A stretch of DNA of 64,000 nucleotides from Mobula birostris (GCF_030028105.1 NC_092383.1:87191921-87255920), one strand, 5' to 3'; positions 50,908 to 63,129 are shown, numbered from the stretch's first letter. Notes: generated from the letters alone by a model not told the origin. A program made the numbers and translations.

Positions 50908-51584
50908 CCATCATGAATGACAGTTGAACGTTAGAACCCCAAAACCTCCCCCCAGCTCCCCCCACCCATTCACAAGCAGCCGCTAGGCAATGACCCTCCT
51001 CCTTCCCACATGAGCAAAAAAAGCACCAACACCCTCCACCGAGCACTGAAGCATGCAGCAAAGCATCAATAAAGACATAGACTTGCAGTACCCCAAAGAC
51101 TTCTCGATCACCCAGTAATTCGACATCCTACAGGGTCGTTCTCTCCCTAAGAAGGGAAAAAGAGGTGAACTCGTATCTCAGCGAGAGGGGACATATAACA
51201 AATAACTCGTTGATTTATAATGTTAAGTGACTGTTGCATTGCTTTTTCCGAGCTCTGTGCCCAGAGAGTCGGCCACAGGGCTCAGGTCTCAGGACACACA
51301 GCCGGCAGCTAACCCACTGCTCCCAATGTTCCATGTTCCATGTTCTCCAGTGATGCCTCAGTCAGGGGCACCGGCCGAGAATCAGCCTGTCCCCAGAGCC
51401 ACGAAAATCTGGCATCCTGAATTCACCCTAGTCTTCCAGGCCGCGTCCTTGGGATATCAAAAAGCGGCCTGTCGTAAGGACCTGATAGTGGGTCCCATTT
51501 CCGCAAATATCTGAAGTCAGAGTCAAAGTCTTCCAAAGAACCTTGATAAGCAAAAAAACAGATATAAAAAACAGGAATAGAGCC

Positions 51585-52150
51585 ATTTCCAAAGATGCAA
51601 GCAAAGTGGTAATGTTACAGCTATATCGGACCCTGGCGAGACCCCACTTGAAGTACTGTGCTCAGTTCTGTTCACCTCAGTACAGGAAGGATGTGGAAAC
51701 TATAGAAAGTGTGCAGAGGAGATTTATAAGGATGTTTCTTGGATTGGGGAGCATGCCTTATGAGAACAGGTTGAATGAATTCGGCCTTTTCTCCTTGGAG
51801 CGGCGGAGGATGAGAGGTGACCTGATAGATGTGTATAAGATGATGAGAGGCATTGATCATGTGGATAGTCAGAGGCTTTCTCCCAGGGCTGAAATGGCTA
51901 ACATGAGAGGGTACAGTTTTAAGTTTCTTGGAAGTAGGTACAGAGGCGATGTCAGGGGTAAGTCTTTTACGCAGAGAGTAGTCAGTGCATGGAATGGGCT
52001 GCTGGCGACAGTGGTGGATAGGGTCTTTTAAGAGACTCCTGGATAGGTAAATGTAACCCTAGGTAATTTCTAAAGTACGTACATGTTCAGCACCTCATTG
52101 TGGGCTGAAGGGCCTGTATTGCGCTGTACGTTTTCTATGTTTCCATGTTT
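51585..52150 (+). mobile_element. CR1 3' fragment, paralogue of 29220-29810
   Basis: LARPHLKYC, LFSLERRRMRGDLIDVYK. Confidence 0.9.
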
Positions 52151-52319
52151 CAAAGCAATTGCCATTTTGCACCATCTTGACTTTGCTCCACCCTCCGAGT
52201 CCATTATTAAGAACAAGGTTTTGGGGTACTTGGAGGGATTTGATAAAATCTGGTTTCCATATGGGGAAATCTTGCCTGAAAAATCATCCTCAGAAAGCAA
52301 GGGTGTTCCTTTCTTTTAT

Positions 52320-52510
52320 TTATTTACTGATAGAGTGCAGAGTAGGTCCTTCCGGCCCTTCAAGCCACACAGGCCCAGCAACCCTCGACAAACTTGATTA
52401 ACTATATCCTCATCACAGGACAATCTACAAAGACCAGTTAATCTTTCCAAGTTGTCTGTGGACTGTGGGAGGAAATGGGACCACCCAGGGGAAACACCAC
52501 GCATTCCACA
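52320..52510 (-). mobile_element. V-SINE fragment, paralogue of 29960-30153
   Basis: Same V-domain motif at the same position. Confidence 0.7.
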
Positions 52511-53378
52511 TGTACAACGTACTGACTCCGTTCATTAGAATGGAGATGAGGAGGAGTTTATTTAGCCAGAGGGTGTTGAATCTGTGGAGTTAATTACCAC
52601 AGACGGCTTTTGAGGCCAACTCATTGGGTTTATTGAAAACGGAGCACGATAGTTTTGTGTTTAGTAAAGGCATCAAAGATTATGGGGAGAAATCAGGAGA
52701 ATGGGATTGAGTGGGATAATAACTCAACCTTGATGGAATGATGGGGCAGACTCTATGGCAAAGTGGCTTAATTCTGCTCCTGTGTCTTATGGTCCCATTG
52801 TCTTATGGCATCACTATCTTTAGAATTTCATGAACAGTCCAAGTGAATCATTGACTACTTAAACTGAGATTCAGGTTGCTGATTAAAATACCTCGCTCAT
52901 TTTGAGATACGGGAAGGGAACCCATACCTTCTATTTGAGTCTATGTACAGATATGAACAAGGCTGCCGCATTTCATGGCTGTGAATAGGATAATAAGCTT
53001 TCAAAATTCATGTAAAACAGTATAGGAATGTCAGTCCTATGCGAAGGATGGGCAAGTCTTCAGTTTGCTGCTCCACGAGGCTTACCTGTCTCTGTGCTGA
53101 ACTGAGCTGGTGACTTGTAATTAACGGCTCCTTAACTGGCTGCAGTGATGACTGGCTTTATGGCTGTGGACTCACATTTGTGAATTTCAGTTCCAAATTT
53201 ATTTACTTACTTCTGTTCTTTGCATGATTTATGTTTTTACTACACATTGTGTGTTTGACAGTGTTTTTGAAAGGATTCTATAGTTTTTTTTGTTTCACGG
53301 CTGCTTGTAAAGAGAAAATCTGAAGGCTGTATATAGTATTCATAATTGGGCATTAAATGTACTTTGAATTTTGAAATT

Positions 53379-54186
53379 CTAGTCTCTTTTCCATTGCTGG
53401 AGAAATGGTCCAGCATTCACTTCCATAAGTCAGGATGGAATAAATGTAGCACTGCAGTATTCTGTTTTTAGTGTACGCGCTCACCTTTCTGTCTGTTAAT
53501 ACGGTCTTCATTTTTTGGAAAGCTTCTTTCACCATTGCTATTCTGTATTTGATCTCTGTGTCGCACCTGCCATTACTTGTTATTAGGCTGCCAAGATATC
53601 TGAATTTGTTGACTTGTTTGATGTTTGTATTTCCGATCTTGATCACACATTATGGGATGTTTGTCTTTCTGGAGATGACCATGCTTTCTGTCGTCTTGGT
53701 GTTGATTGAGAGGCCTCTGCGATTACTTTCTGCTGCCACTATAGTGAGTAGTTCTTGAAGTTTTGTTTCTGAGTCAGCTATCAGTACAATGTCATCAGCA
53801 AATCTGATTGTAATATATCAGCATATATTATGTCCTCCAATTGTGAATTCTGTGATGTTTCTGATACTTCTCAAGATATTTTCACTATACAGGTTGAGTA
53901 AGTCTGGCAAAAGGACACAACCGTGCCTGACTCCTCTCATGATATTCACATACCCACTCACTTCTCCTATTCTGATGGATGCTGTCTGGTCCCAGTATAA
54001 GTTTCTTAAGAAACGTATATCTTTCCCGTCTATGTCAAGGTCTTGAAGCATTTCCAGAAGATCTTGCTGTCTGATAGCGTCAAAAGCTTTTGTATAGTCG
54101 ATGATACTTAGGGAGATGTCTTTCTGTACCTGGATGGCTCGTTCACATATCATCCGTAGAATGAAAATTGCATTTCTGGTTCCAGT
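53379..54186 (-). mobile_element. RTE-clade LINE internal fragment; present only in copy 2
   Basis: TRNAIFILRMICER, IDYTKAFD, GVRHGCVL, FRYLGSLITSNG, YGSECWT. Truncated at both ends. Confidence 0.88.
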
Positions 54187-55275
54187 GTTTTCTGTACCTT
54201 CTCTAACTTAATCACGCACTTCCTCTGGAACTGCACAGGGTAGACAAGGTGAGACCTTGTCAACATCTTTTATAGTTGTAACATGCCATTCCAACTGTAC
54301 TTAATATCACCATCCAAAGAAGGCAAACCGGTCATACTCCTTGTTCAACACTTTGTCCACCTGTGTTGCCACTTTCAGGGAACAATGTAGTTGCACACCT
54401 CATTCCCTACAGTGTGAGTTGTGTCCTTGTTTAATTTCTCAGAATGCCTGAGTTCAATTCCATCACTTGTTCCATTGGCCACTTTCCTAGTTCAAAATTC
54501 AAAGTAATTTTATTACCAAACTATGTATACTATAAACAATCGAGAGATTCGTCTTTTTGCAGATACCCACAAAACAAAGTCACACAATAGAATCCACAAC
54601 AAACCACACACTACAAAGACTGACAAACATCTAATGTGCAAAAGAACATGAATGGTGCAAATAATAAGAACATGTAAACAATGAATACATGGAGCATGAG
54701 ACGCGGAGTCCCTGAAAGTGAGTCCGCAGCTGCAGAGTCCGTTCACACTGAGATGAGTGAAGCCAATTCAGGAGCCCGATAGCTGCAGATCACCATGTGC
54801 TGACAAACCTGGTGGCGTGGGCCCCTAGACTCCAGCACCTCCCACCTGATGGTCATAGCGAGAAGAGAGGGAGACGGGTCAAATGCAGGCAGATGGAACA
54901 GGCTCAACTGGGGGTCGTTGCTGGCACAGAGTAATGGGGCTGAACACTGGATCATTTTCCAGGTCCCTTTGTAAACTTCGACAACTCTTTCCACCGTCCA
55001 CCGCACTACAGTGTCATCCACGCATTATTAATCATGTCACCTACAATATTATTACAAACTATTCATATCAATGACAAATAACCATGGTTAATAAATAACA
55101 GCACTGATCCCAGTGTCACACCACTGATGATAAAGTCTGACGTTGTCAGAAAACCCACTCCTCACTATCACAATCTGACTGCTTCCATCATCAAAAAACT
55201 CAGTCATATTGTTAGAGAGAAGATTTCCCATGCAAAAAATAATGTTGACTATCCCAAATCAGATCTTGCCTTTTC

Positions 55276-58200
55276 TTTTTTAATTTTTTATTTTTATTGA
55301 AGGAATGACACAATACAGAATATATAATGAATTACATTTTGCTCCATTTTGCTTTAATATCGTACCCCCAAAACAAACCTGCCCCCACCCGCCCTCCCCG
55401 AACATATCACGGCAACTAATATATTTACAACACAACAATTCGCAAATACAAGTACGGACATTTCACAACCATACCCCCACAGTACTTCAAGACAACGGCT
55501 CACACACATCTGCAACATGTCAGATGATCCAAAATACACTCATATTTACAATTCATCAACCACCCTGTGAGGTAAATTATAAGCGTGTTAAATGGGAGGC
55601 AACTTCCCAAGTACAATCAAATGCCCTCAACTGGTAGGTAATTCCTTAAGACTCCCAAAATATGATAAGAAAGGTCCCCATTTCGAATAGAACTTTTTCA
55701 CAGACCCCCTCAAAGTGAATTTAATCTTTTCTAATTTCAGAAAAAACATTACATCTTCTAACCAAGCAGCAGCAGTTGGGGGAGTGGCAGATTTCCAAAC
55801 CAGCAAAATTCTCCTACGGGCCAATAGCGATGTAAATGCAATGATATCCGACTGGCTTGCATTTAAACCCAAATCATCATCTGCCACACCAAATACAGCT
55901 ATAAGCGGGCAAGGTCTCAGTGTCACCCCCAAAACCTCACTGATAATTTTAAAAACCAGTGCCCAATAGTCATCAAGCCGAGGGCATGACCAAAATGCAT
56001 GTACTAAACCAGCCGGAGAGAAGGAACACCTGTCACAGCCAGCGTCTGTCCCAGGGTGTATGTCTGCAAGTCTGGCTTTACTTAAATGTACCCTGTGTAA
56101 AACTTCAAATTGTATGAGCCCCAGTCTAGCACATGATGATGAGAAATGAACCCTATTCAATACTTTTGCCCAATATTCCTCCGCCAGATCCATACCGAGG
56201 TCATCCTCCCACCTACTCTTAGTTTGGTTTAGATCTTGAACTCCCAAAGACATCAGCTGAGAGTATAGTTCAGAGATCAGCCCTTTATTGTTGAAGCTAA
56301 GAGTGAGTTTTTCCCATAACATAGCAGGTGGTAGATCAGGAAAAGAGGGAAATTTTTCCTTGACAAAGTGGCGAATCTGCAGGTATTTAAAAATATGATT
56401 ATGCGGAAGGCCATACTTACCGCGCAGGTTATCAAAACTGTCAAATATGTTATCAGTATACAAATCCTTAATGCGCATAAGACCATTCAAACCCCATTGT
56501 CTGAAAGCTGAATCGAATGTGGAGGGAAGAAATAAATGGTTTTTATGAATGGGGCCCAAAACTGAAGCTGATATGAACTTACAGTGGCAGCGAAATTGAT
56601 TAAAAATTTTGAGGATGGAGAGCACGACCAGATTAGATGTGAATTGAGAGGATTTCAGTGGTAAGGAAGAATACACCAAAGCTGGGAGAGACGAGGAGTG
56701 GCAAGACCGTGACTCAAGCAGGCACCAGATTATATCTGGTCGGTGGAGCCAAAATAATACTTTTTGAATGTTCGATGCCCTGTAATAATGAATACAGCTG
56801 GGAAGACCCATTCCACCTACGTCATGACCTCTTTGGAGAGTGTGCTTATTAACCTTTGGGACCTTATTTTCCCAAATAAAGGAGGTTATAGCTTGGTCGA
56901 CTGATTTAAAAAATAACTTAGGTAAGAAAACTGGCAAACACTGAAACAAATAAAGAAATCTAGGAAGTATAGTCATTTTCACTGACTGAATTCTCCCAGC
57001 TATAGTAAGGGGTAAACTGTGCCATCTCTCGGGGGTAAACTGTGCCATCTCTCGAAATCAGCCTTCATTTGGCTAACCTGAGGCCTGTAGTTAGAACATA
57101 GGACATAGAATAGTACAGCACAGTACAGGCCCTTCAGCCCACAATGTTGTGCCGACTCTCAAACCCTGCCTCCCATATAAGCCCCCACCTTAAATTTCTC
57201 CATATACCTGTCTAGCAGTCTCTTAAACTTCACTAGTTAGCTTCAATCAGAGATGTAAAAGAGTGAGTAATATGTATTCCTAGGTATACAAAACCATCTT
57301 GAGATAAAGGAAAAGGCAAAGATTCCTGTCGGATCTGTAGGGCCAAGTTATTAATGGGAAAGCATTTGCTTTTTTGAAAGTTCAGTTTATAGCCAGAGAA
57401 AGCTCCAAATTGACCTAATAATAACACAATAGCAGGACTACCACCTACAGGGTCGCTAACATAAAGTAAGAGGTCATCAGCATATAGGGGTACATGGTGT
57501 TCCATGTCTGCTTTTCTAACACCTTGAAATAATATAGTTGACTTAAGTGCAATAGAAAGAAGCTCAATTGCAATTGCAAAAAGAAGAGGGGACAGTGGGC
57601 AGCCTTGGCGAGTGCCACGTGTTAATGGGAAATAGTCAGATCGAAAATAATTTCTCTGTATACATGCTAAAGGCGAGTGATATAATAGCTTAACCCAAGC
57701 TATAAATATGCTACCAAATCCAAACTTCTCCAAAACATTAAACAAGTATACCCACTTCAATCTATCAAACGCCTTCTCCGCGTCCAAGGAGATAACAACC
57801 TCTGGACTTGGAGAATCACTGGGTGAATAAACCACATCAGCCAGTGGACGGATATTAAAAAAAGAATAGCAATTTTTAATAAGACCTGTTTGATCGTCTG
57901 AAATTATCTTGGGAAGGGGACGTTCTAAACGGCATGCAAGCACTTTAGCCAAAATTTTCACATCTACATTCAAAAGTGAGATGGGGTGATATGATCCACA
58001 TTGAGTCGGGTCCTTGTCCTTTTTAAGAAGTAGTGAAATAGCTGCCTGTGAAAGAGCAGGGGGTAAGGAGCCATTCTCCAAAGATTCCTGAAACACTTCT
58101 AGAAGGACCGGTATGAGCTTATCCTTAAATTTCTTATAAAATTTTATTGGATAACCATCAGGACCTGGGGACTTACCACTCTGCATAGCCATAATGGCAT

Positions 58201-59567
58201 TATTAATCTCTTCCTGCCCAAGAGCCCGATCTAGGTTCTCCACCTCCTCTGGTTCAAGAGTTGGTACTTCCAAATTATCTAAAAGACGCTCCATATTTGT
58301 TTTATCTGAGGGGAACTCTGAGGCATACAGAGAGGAATAAAAAGTTGCAAAGATGTTATTAATCTCTTTTGGATTGCTTGTCAAGTTTTGGTGCATGTCT
58401 CTTATCTGGGGAATAAGTCGTGATGCAGCTTGACATTTCAACTGATGAGCCATAAACCGGCTCGCCTTGTCACCATATTCATAATCAAGGCCACGTGTCT
58501 TAAGAATTAATTGTTCTGATAGGTTTGTGGATAGAAGATTAAACTTCACTTGCAAATCAACCAGGCTTTTATATAATTCCGCAGTGGGTGCCTCAGAGGA
58601 TTTTCTATCCAGGTCCAAAATAGATTGCAATAACAATTGCATTTCCTTCCTACACTCTTTATTGGCATGTGAAGTATAAGATATTATTTGACTCCTCAAG
58701 TAAGCTTTTAAAGTTTCCCAAAGTAAAGAGTATGATACCGACTCAGTTTTGTTAGTCTCGAAGAATGTGTCAATGTTAGCCGATGTATAACTACAAAATT
58801 TCTCATTAGAAAGCAAAGGAGGGTTAAGTCTCCACAGAGGCCATTTTCTAACGGTTAATGGAAAACATAGGTCCAGTTTCATGGGCGAGTGATCAGATAT
58901 AAGTACAGCAGTGTATTCAATTTGTCTAATCATTGGTATCAAGGAGTTATCTGTAAAGAAATAGTCTAGCCTGGAATAGGAATGGTGAACATGATAAAAG
59001 AAAGAGAATTGCCTAACTGATGGATTCAAAAATCTCCGAGGATCCATATAACCATTTTGTTGCATAAACATCGAGAAGGCCTTTGCCATACCAGAAAATG
59101 TTCCCCTAGGGCAAGACCTATCAAGCAGTGGGTCAATAGCACAGTTCAAATCTCTGGAAAAGATTAGCTTATGTGTATTCAGGTTAGGTATTAATGACAA
59201 AACCTTATTTGCAAATTGGACATCGTCCCAATAAGGAGCATAAACATTTACCAAAATAACAGGTATCTGAAACAGAGAGCCAGAGACTATAATAAAAGCG
59301 ACCATTAGGGTCACTGATTACATCAGATGGTGTGAACTGCATTCTATTGGTGATTAATATTGCCACTCCCCTAGACCTACTATTAAATCTGGAATGAAAA
59401 ACCTGACTAATCCAAGCTTTACGAAGTCTATTATGGTCCTCCACTCTTAAATGTGTCTCTTGTAGAAATAGTATATCTGCTTTCAATTGTTTCAGATAAG
59501 AGAAAACTTTTGCTCTTTTAACCGGACCATTCAGCCCCTTTACATTCCAAGAAATAAACCTCACTAA
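55276..59567 (-). mobile_element. L1 ORF2 and 3' UTR, 5'-truncated at the ORF2 start, relatively intact; present only in copy 2
   Basis: RFISWNVKGLNG, QETHL, GTRQGCPLSP, LYADDLL, CSFSPAGLVHAFWSC; poly-T at 55276. A 23-bp tandem duplication at 57009-57054 shifts the frame. Confidence 0.95.
57095..57233 (-). mobile_element. Short CR1 3' end with a 7-bp TSD, inside L1
   Basis: TAGTTAG at 57088-57094 and 57234-57240; CR1 terminal hairpin and tail. Confidence 0.8.
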
Positions 59568-60167
59568 CACAATCTGACTGCTTCCATCATCAAAAAACTC
59601 AGTTGTATTTTTAGAGAGAAGATTTCCTATGCACAAAATCATGTTGATGATCCCAAATCAGATCTTGCCTTTTCAAATTCAGGTAGATCCTGTCTCACAC
59701 AATCACCTCCAGTAAGTTACCCACCACTGATCTTATCCTCACCTGCCTGGAATGGGACTGGATCAGTAATCTATTGACTCAGAAATATGGAAACACACCC
59801 AGACAGTAGTGGGCAGTGACAATGATGACTCCAATCAAATAAAAATCATTACTTGTGAAAAGCTGGGAGCATGAGATGAGGGACGATGCTGTTGTCTTCT
59901 CAGTCAGTGTGGAATTCAATTACACCAACTGACAGTGTGGCAGATTCCTTAGAACACAGTGACAGCTTTAAATGAAACATCTTGAATTTTAATCTATTCT
60001 TCATATTGTGTTTTTTTGTTCTCCATCAGATCCAAAGTAACAATGATTTTGTTCTCCTTTACACTTGTGTACAGGAACTGACATGAAACAATCTTGAAAC
60101 TTGAATCTGCTTGTGTAAATTTGATTTTACCTGTCCATTTTCTGAAGAACGTCTCCCTCAGTTTCAG

Positions 60168-60482
60168 GTGCTTTATGGGCAGAAGATAAAGTAAGAGGAG
60201 TTGTGGGAAGAGCGGTCACAATCGATTGTCACTATGCCCCAATGTACCGTTCACACACAAAGTATTTGTGCCGCATATGGGATCACCAATGCACATCGTT
60301 AGTGAATACAAGTGGACAAAGTGAGCAGTATGGAAGAACGACAATCAGAGATAACACATCCCTGGGAATATTTACTGTTACTATGGAGAATCTTGTCTCT
60401 CGAGATAGAGGACTTTACAGATGCGGAATTACAACATCTGGCAATCATCCAGCCTTTGACATTTATGTAGTAGTTTCTGATG
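60168..60482 (+). CDS. Ig V-type exon 3 (duplicate of exon V2)
   Basis: TTTCAG acceptor, GTAGGT donor, 315 nt, open; 15 differences from V2. Confidence 0.92.
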
Positions 60483-62489
60483 GTAGGTTTCTCGTATATA
60501 GATTTGATGTCACCACTGAAATGTCTGATTCCTGTTTTCCCTCGTCGGAGTTCGAGCAGCACGGATATCCTGAGGCTCCGCAGTGGTGCAGAGTCCTGTG
60601 GGTTCTGGTCAAGGAACGAGGAAACCCCTCTCAGGATGCTCTCATTGAGTGCAGAGTCTGACCCACTGATGGGACACCGATTTCCAATGGGAGGCTCATC
60701 GCATTTTCCTGCCTCTGAACTGTATGAAATGTCACCCTGTCAGAGGTTTGAATTCAGACCAAACTTAATAACCTGATATTAACAGGTCGATGAGAAACAA
60801 GTGTTTCTCATGGTGTAAATACCTTGAAATTCATAAAAAGGGAATCAGTTCCAGAGCTAAACAGACTTCATTCAATTCTCCCACAGCAGGCTTTCCCACT
60901 ACCCATCCCTGCTTCATGGACCAGTCACTCCCCCCTCTACCACATGCTGACTCTCTTTGTCTCTGTTAATGTGCTCCAGGAATCCACTCCCCAGAACCCA
61001 CTGACCATCTACTTCCCAGCAGCCAGCCTCTACACCCAGCCCATTCCTGGTGAGAAATAGAGCAATGGAATTAGAGAGAACATGGGACACAATCCCTGCA
61101 GTCACCACCCTCAGTGTAAAAAAAAACGTGTCACAAATGTCCTTTAAAATTTCCCCTGATCACCTTAAGACTTTGCTCACTATTATTTGATATTTCAACC
61201 CTGGGAAAAAGAGATTCTGACTATCTTCCCTATCTCTGACTTCTATAAATTTACAAACTTCTATCAGGTCTCCCGTCAGCCTCCTATGCTCGAGTGAAAA
61301 CAAACCAAGTTTTTCCAACTCTGTCCATGGCTAATACACTCCAATCCAGGTAACTATGTATTGATTGATTGACTGATTGATTGAGATATAGCGTGGATTA
61401 TGCCCTTCAAGCATTGCCGCCCAGCAATGCCCAGATTTAGCCCTAGCCTAATCATGAGACAATTTACAGTGATAAATTAACATACCAACTGGTAGGTCTT
61501 TGGACTGTGCAACGAAACTGGAAATTAAATTCCAGGTGAAGTCAATCTTCCCTAATGTATGAGGAGTATTTGAAGGCACTGGGCCTGTACTCGTTGGTGT
61601 TTAGAAGAATGAGGAGGATCTCATGGAAAGCTATCGAGCATTGAAAAGCCCAGTGGATGTGAAGAGGAGGTTTCCTACAGTGCGAGCATCGAGGACTAAA
61701 GAGGGCACAGTCATAGAATAAAAGTATGTCCTTGAAAAGAGAGATGAGGGGAGGATTTCTTTAGCCAAAAGCTGGTGAATCTGTGGAATGCATTGCCACA
61801 AGTATCTGTGGAGACCAAATCATTGGGTATATTTAAAGCAGAGGGTGATTCTTAAGGGCTTCAAAAGTTACAAAGAGAAGGTATGAGAATAGATGAAGAA
61901 GGATGATAAATCAGCCATGATTGAATGGTGGAACAGACTCAATGGACAGAATGGCCTAATTCTGCTCCTATATCTTATGGTCTTATGGCCTATGGTCTTT
62001 CTACTTCTCCAGTCACATATGATTCCTTTTTGGATTCATATCGATACTGATACTCATGGGTTCCCTTGCTGCTATAGGTCACTGAAACCAATCACAATTA
62101 TACTCTGTCCCAAAAGTCACCATTCATCTTGTACATATCTGACAATTTCCCGTTTTCACATGATGGGGGAAGTTTTCCAGGACACATACAAATGTTGCCA
62201 TTCCAAAGTCAACCTGTTAGGTGCCACTGAACACTGCCTCCTTGCTGCTGAGAGAGATTGTAACTCTGATTTTCACACTGACACATACTCAGTGTCATCA
62301 CTGCTGTCCTGATCTGGAGTCCTGTGATAATGTCAGACATGGCAGTTCAGGCGGATGGGGGGGACGCAGGGACACAGGGAGGTAGATGAGCTGCCGAGAT
62401 TTCAAACTGGTGGGTCCTGGTTGAGATACAGAACTGCGGAAATCAACAGTGTGTTTGATTTTCAGATGTTCACTGATTCTTTTCCACAG

Positions 62490-62807
62490 AACCTGTGTCT
62501 GTTCCTTTGCTTCAATTTTCACCAACAAATGACTCAAGTTGTGGGGACTCCGTGTCAGTGTCCTGTGAGTCTGTCCATGGATCCCTTCCCATTCAGTACT
62601 CATGGTATGAAAAGATCCCATCTGTGGTTTCAAAGATCTCTGATACCAATAAACTGGATCTCCATTGTCAGTCTATAAAATACAAAAATCATCTGTATTA
62701 TTGTAAAGTCTCAAATACTAAAGGAGAAAAGTCCAGTGAAGTGGTCAATGTGTCCATCTCCAACAGTGTCAGCACCTGCAGAAATGTGATTGAAGTCAAC
62801 AGCATGG
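62490..62807 (+). CDS. Ig C2-type exon 3, divergent subtype
   Basis: TCCACAG acceptor, GTAAGT donor, 318 nt, phase 1-1, open. SVSCESVHGSLPIQYSWY, LYYCKVSN. Confidence 0.92.
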
Positions 62808-63129
62808 GTAAGTGGTGCAGGGTTTGATTCTTTATGATAGCCGATGGAGTACAACTGATTGACTGATGTGTGCTGGATATTGTGTTGCTGGAACTTCACT
62901 CAGGAACATGGAGTGTATGTTGTCACCACCTTTCAGAGAATGAAAAGCCTTTTGGCACAGCTGTTCAAACGTGAGTCACTCACCACAGTGTCTCCTGTCT
63001 CTGATTTGCTCTCACATACTGGGTGTGAATGTGTCTCATCTGGTAATATTTCTGCCATTAATTATAATAGTACTTCTGAGATAATCTACTGCAAAGCTTA
63101 AAGTAAATGTATTGTCGAAGTACATATTT

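Larger units (their letters stand above)
49544..52196 (-). mobile_element. Paralogue of the 21-bp-TSD element, with nested Rex1 and CR1
   Basis: Same TSD at 49523-49543 and 52197-52217. Confidence 0.6.
47950..62134 (+). repeat. Tandem segmental duplication, copy 2
   Basis: Starts CCACTGAACCCAGTCAC directly after the end of copy 1. Ends CATCTTGTAC at 62134, followed by unique sequence. Confidence 0.9.

Noticed and set aside
26745-62134. Duplication as an assembly or haplotype artefact
   Set aside because: The copies differ by about 5-10 percent and have several independent TE insertions with visible empty sites.
26300-62807. Rearranging Ig, TCR or IgNAR V segments
   Set aside because: Each V exon encodes a complete domain through strand G and ends in a splice donor. 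I saw no heptamer-spacer-nonamer signal next to them. The motifs are CD300/pIgR-type.
62904-62970. Small stalk exon after C2-3 (AG at 62903 or 62936, GTGAGT donor at 62971)
   Set aside because: Good donor and open frame, but it ends in phase 2, has no recognisable motif and has no counterpart after the other C2 exons. Unresolved without RNA data.
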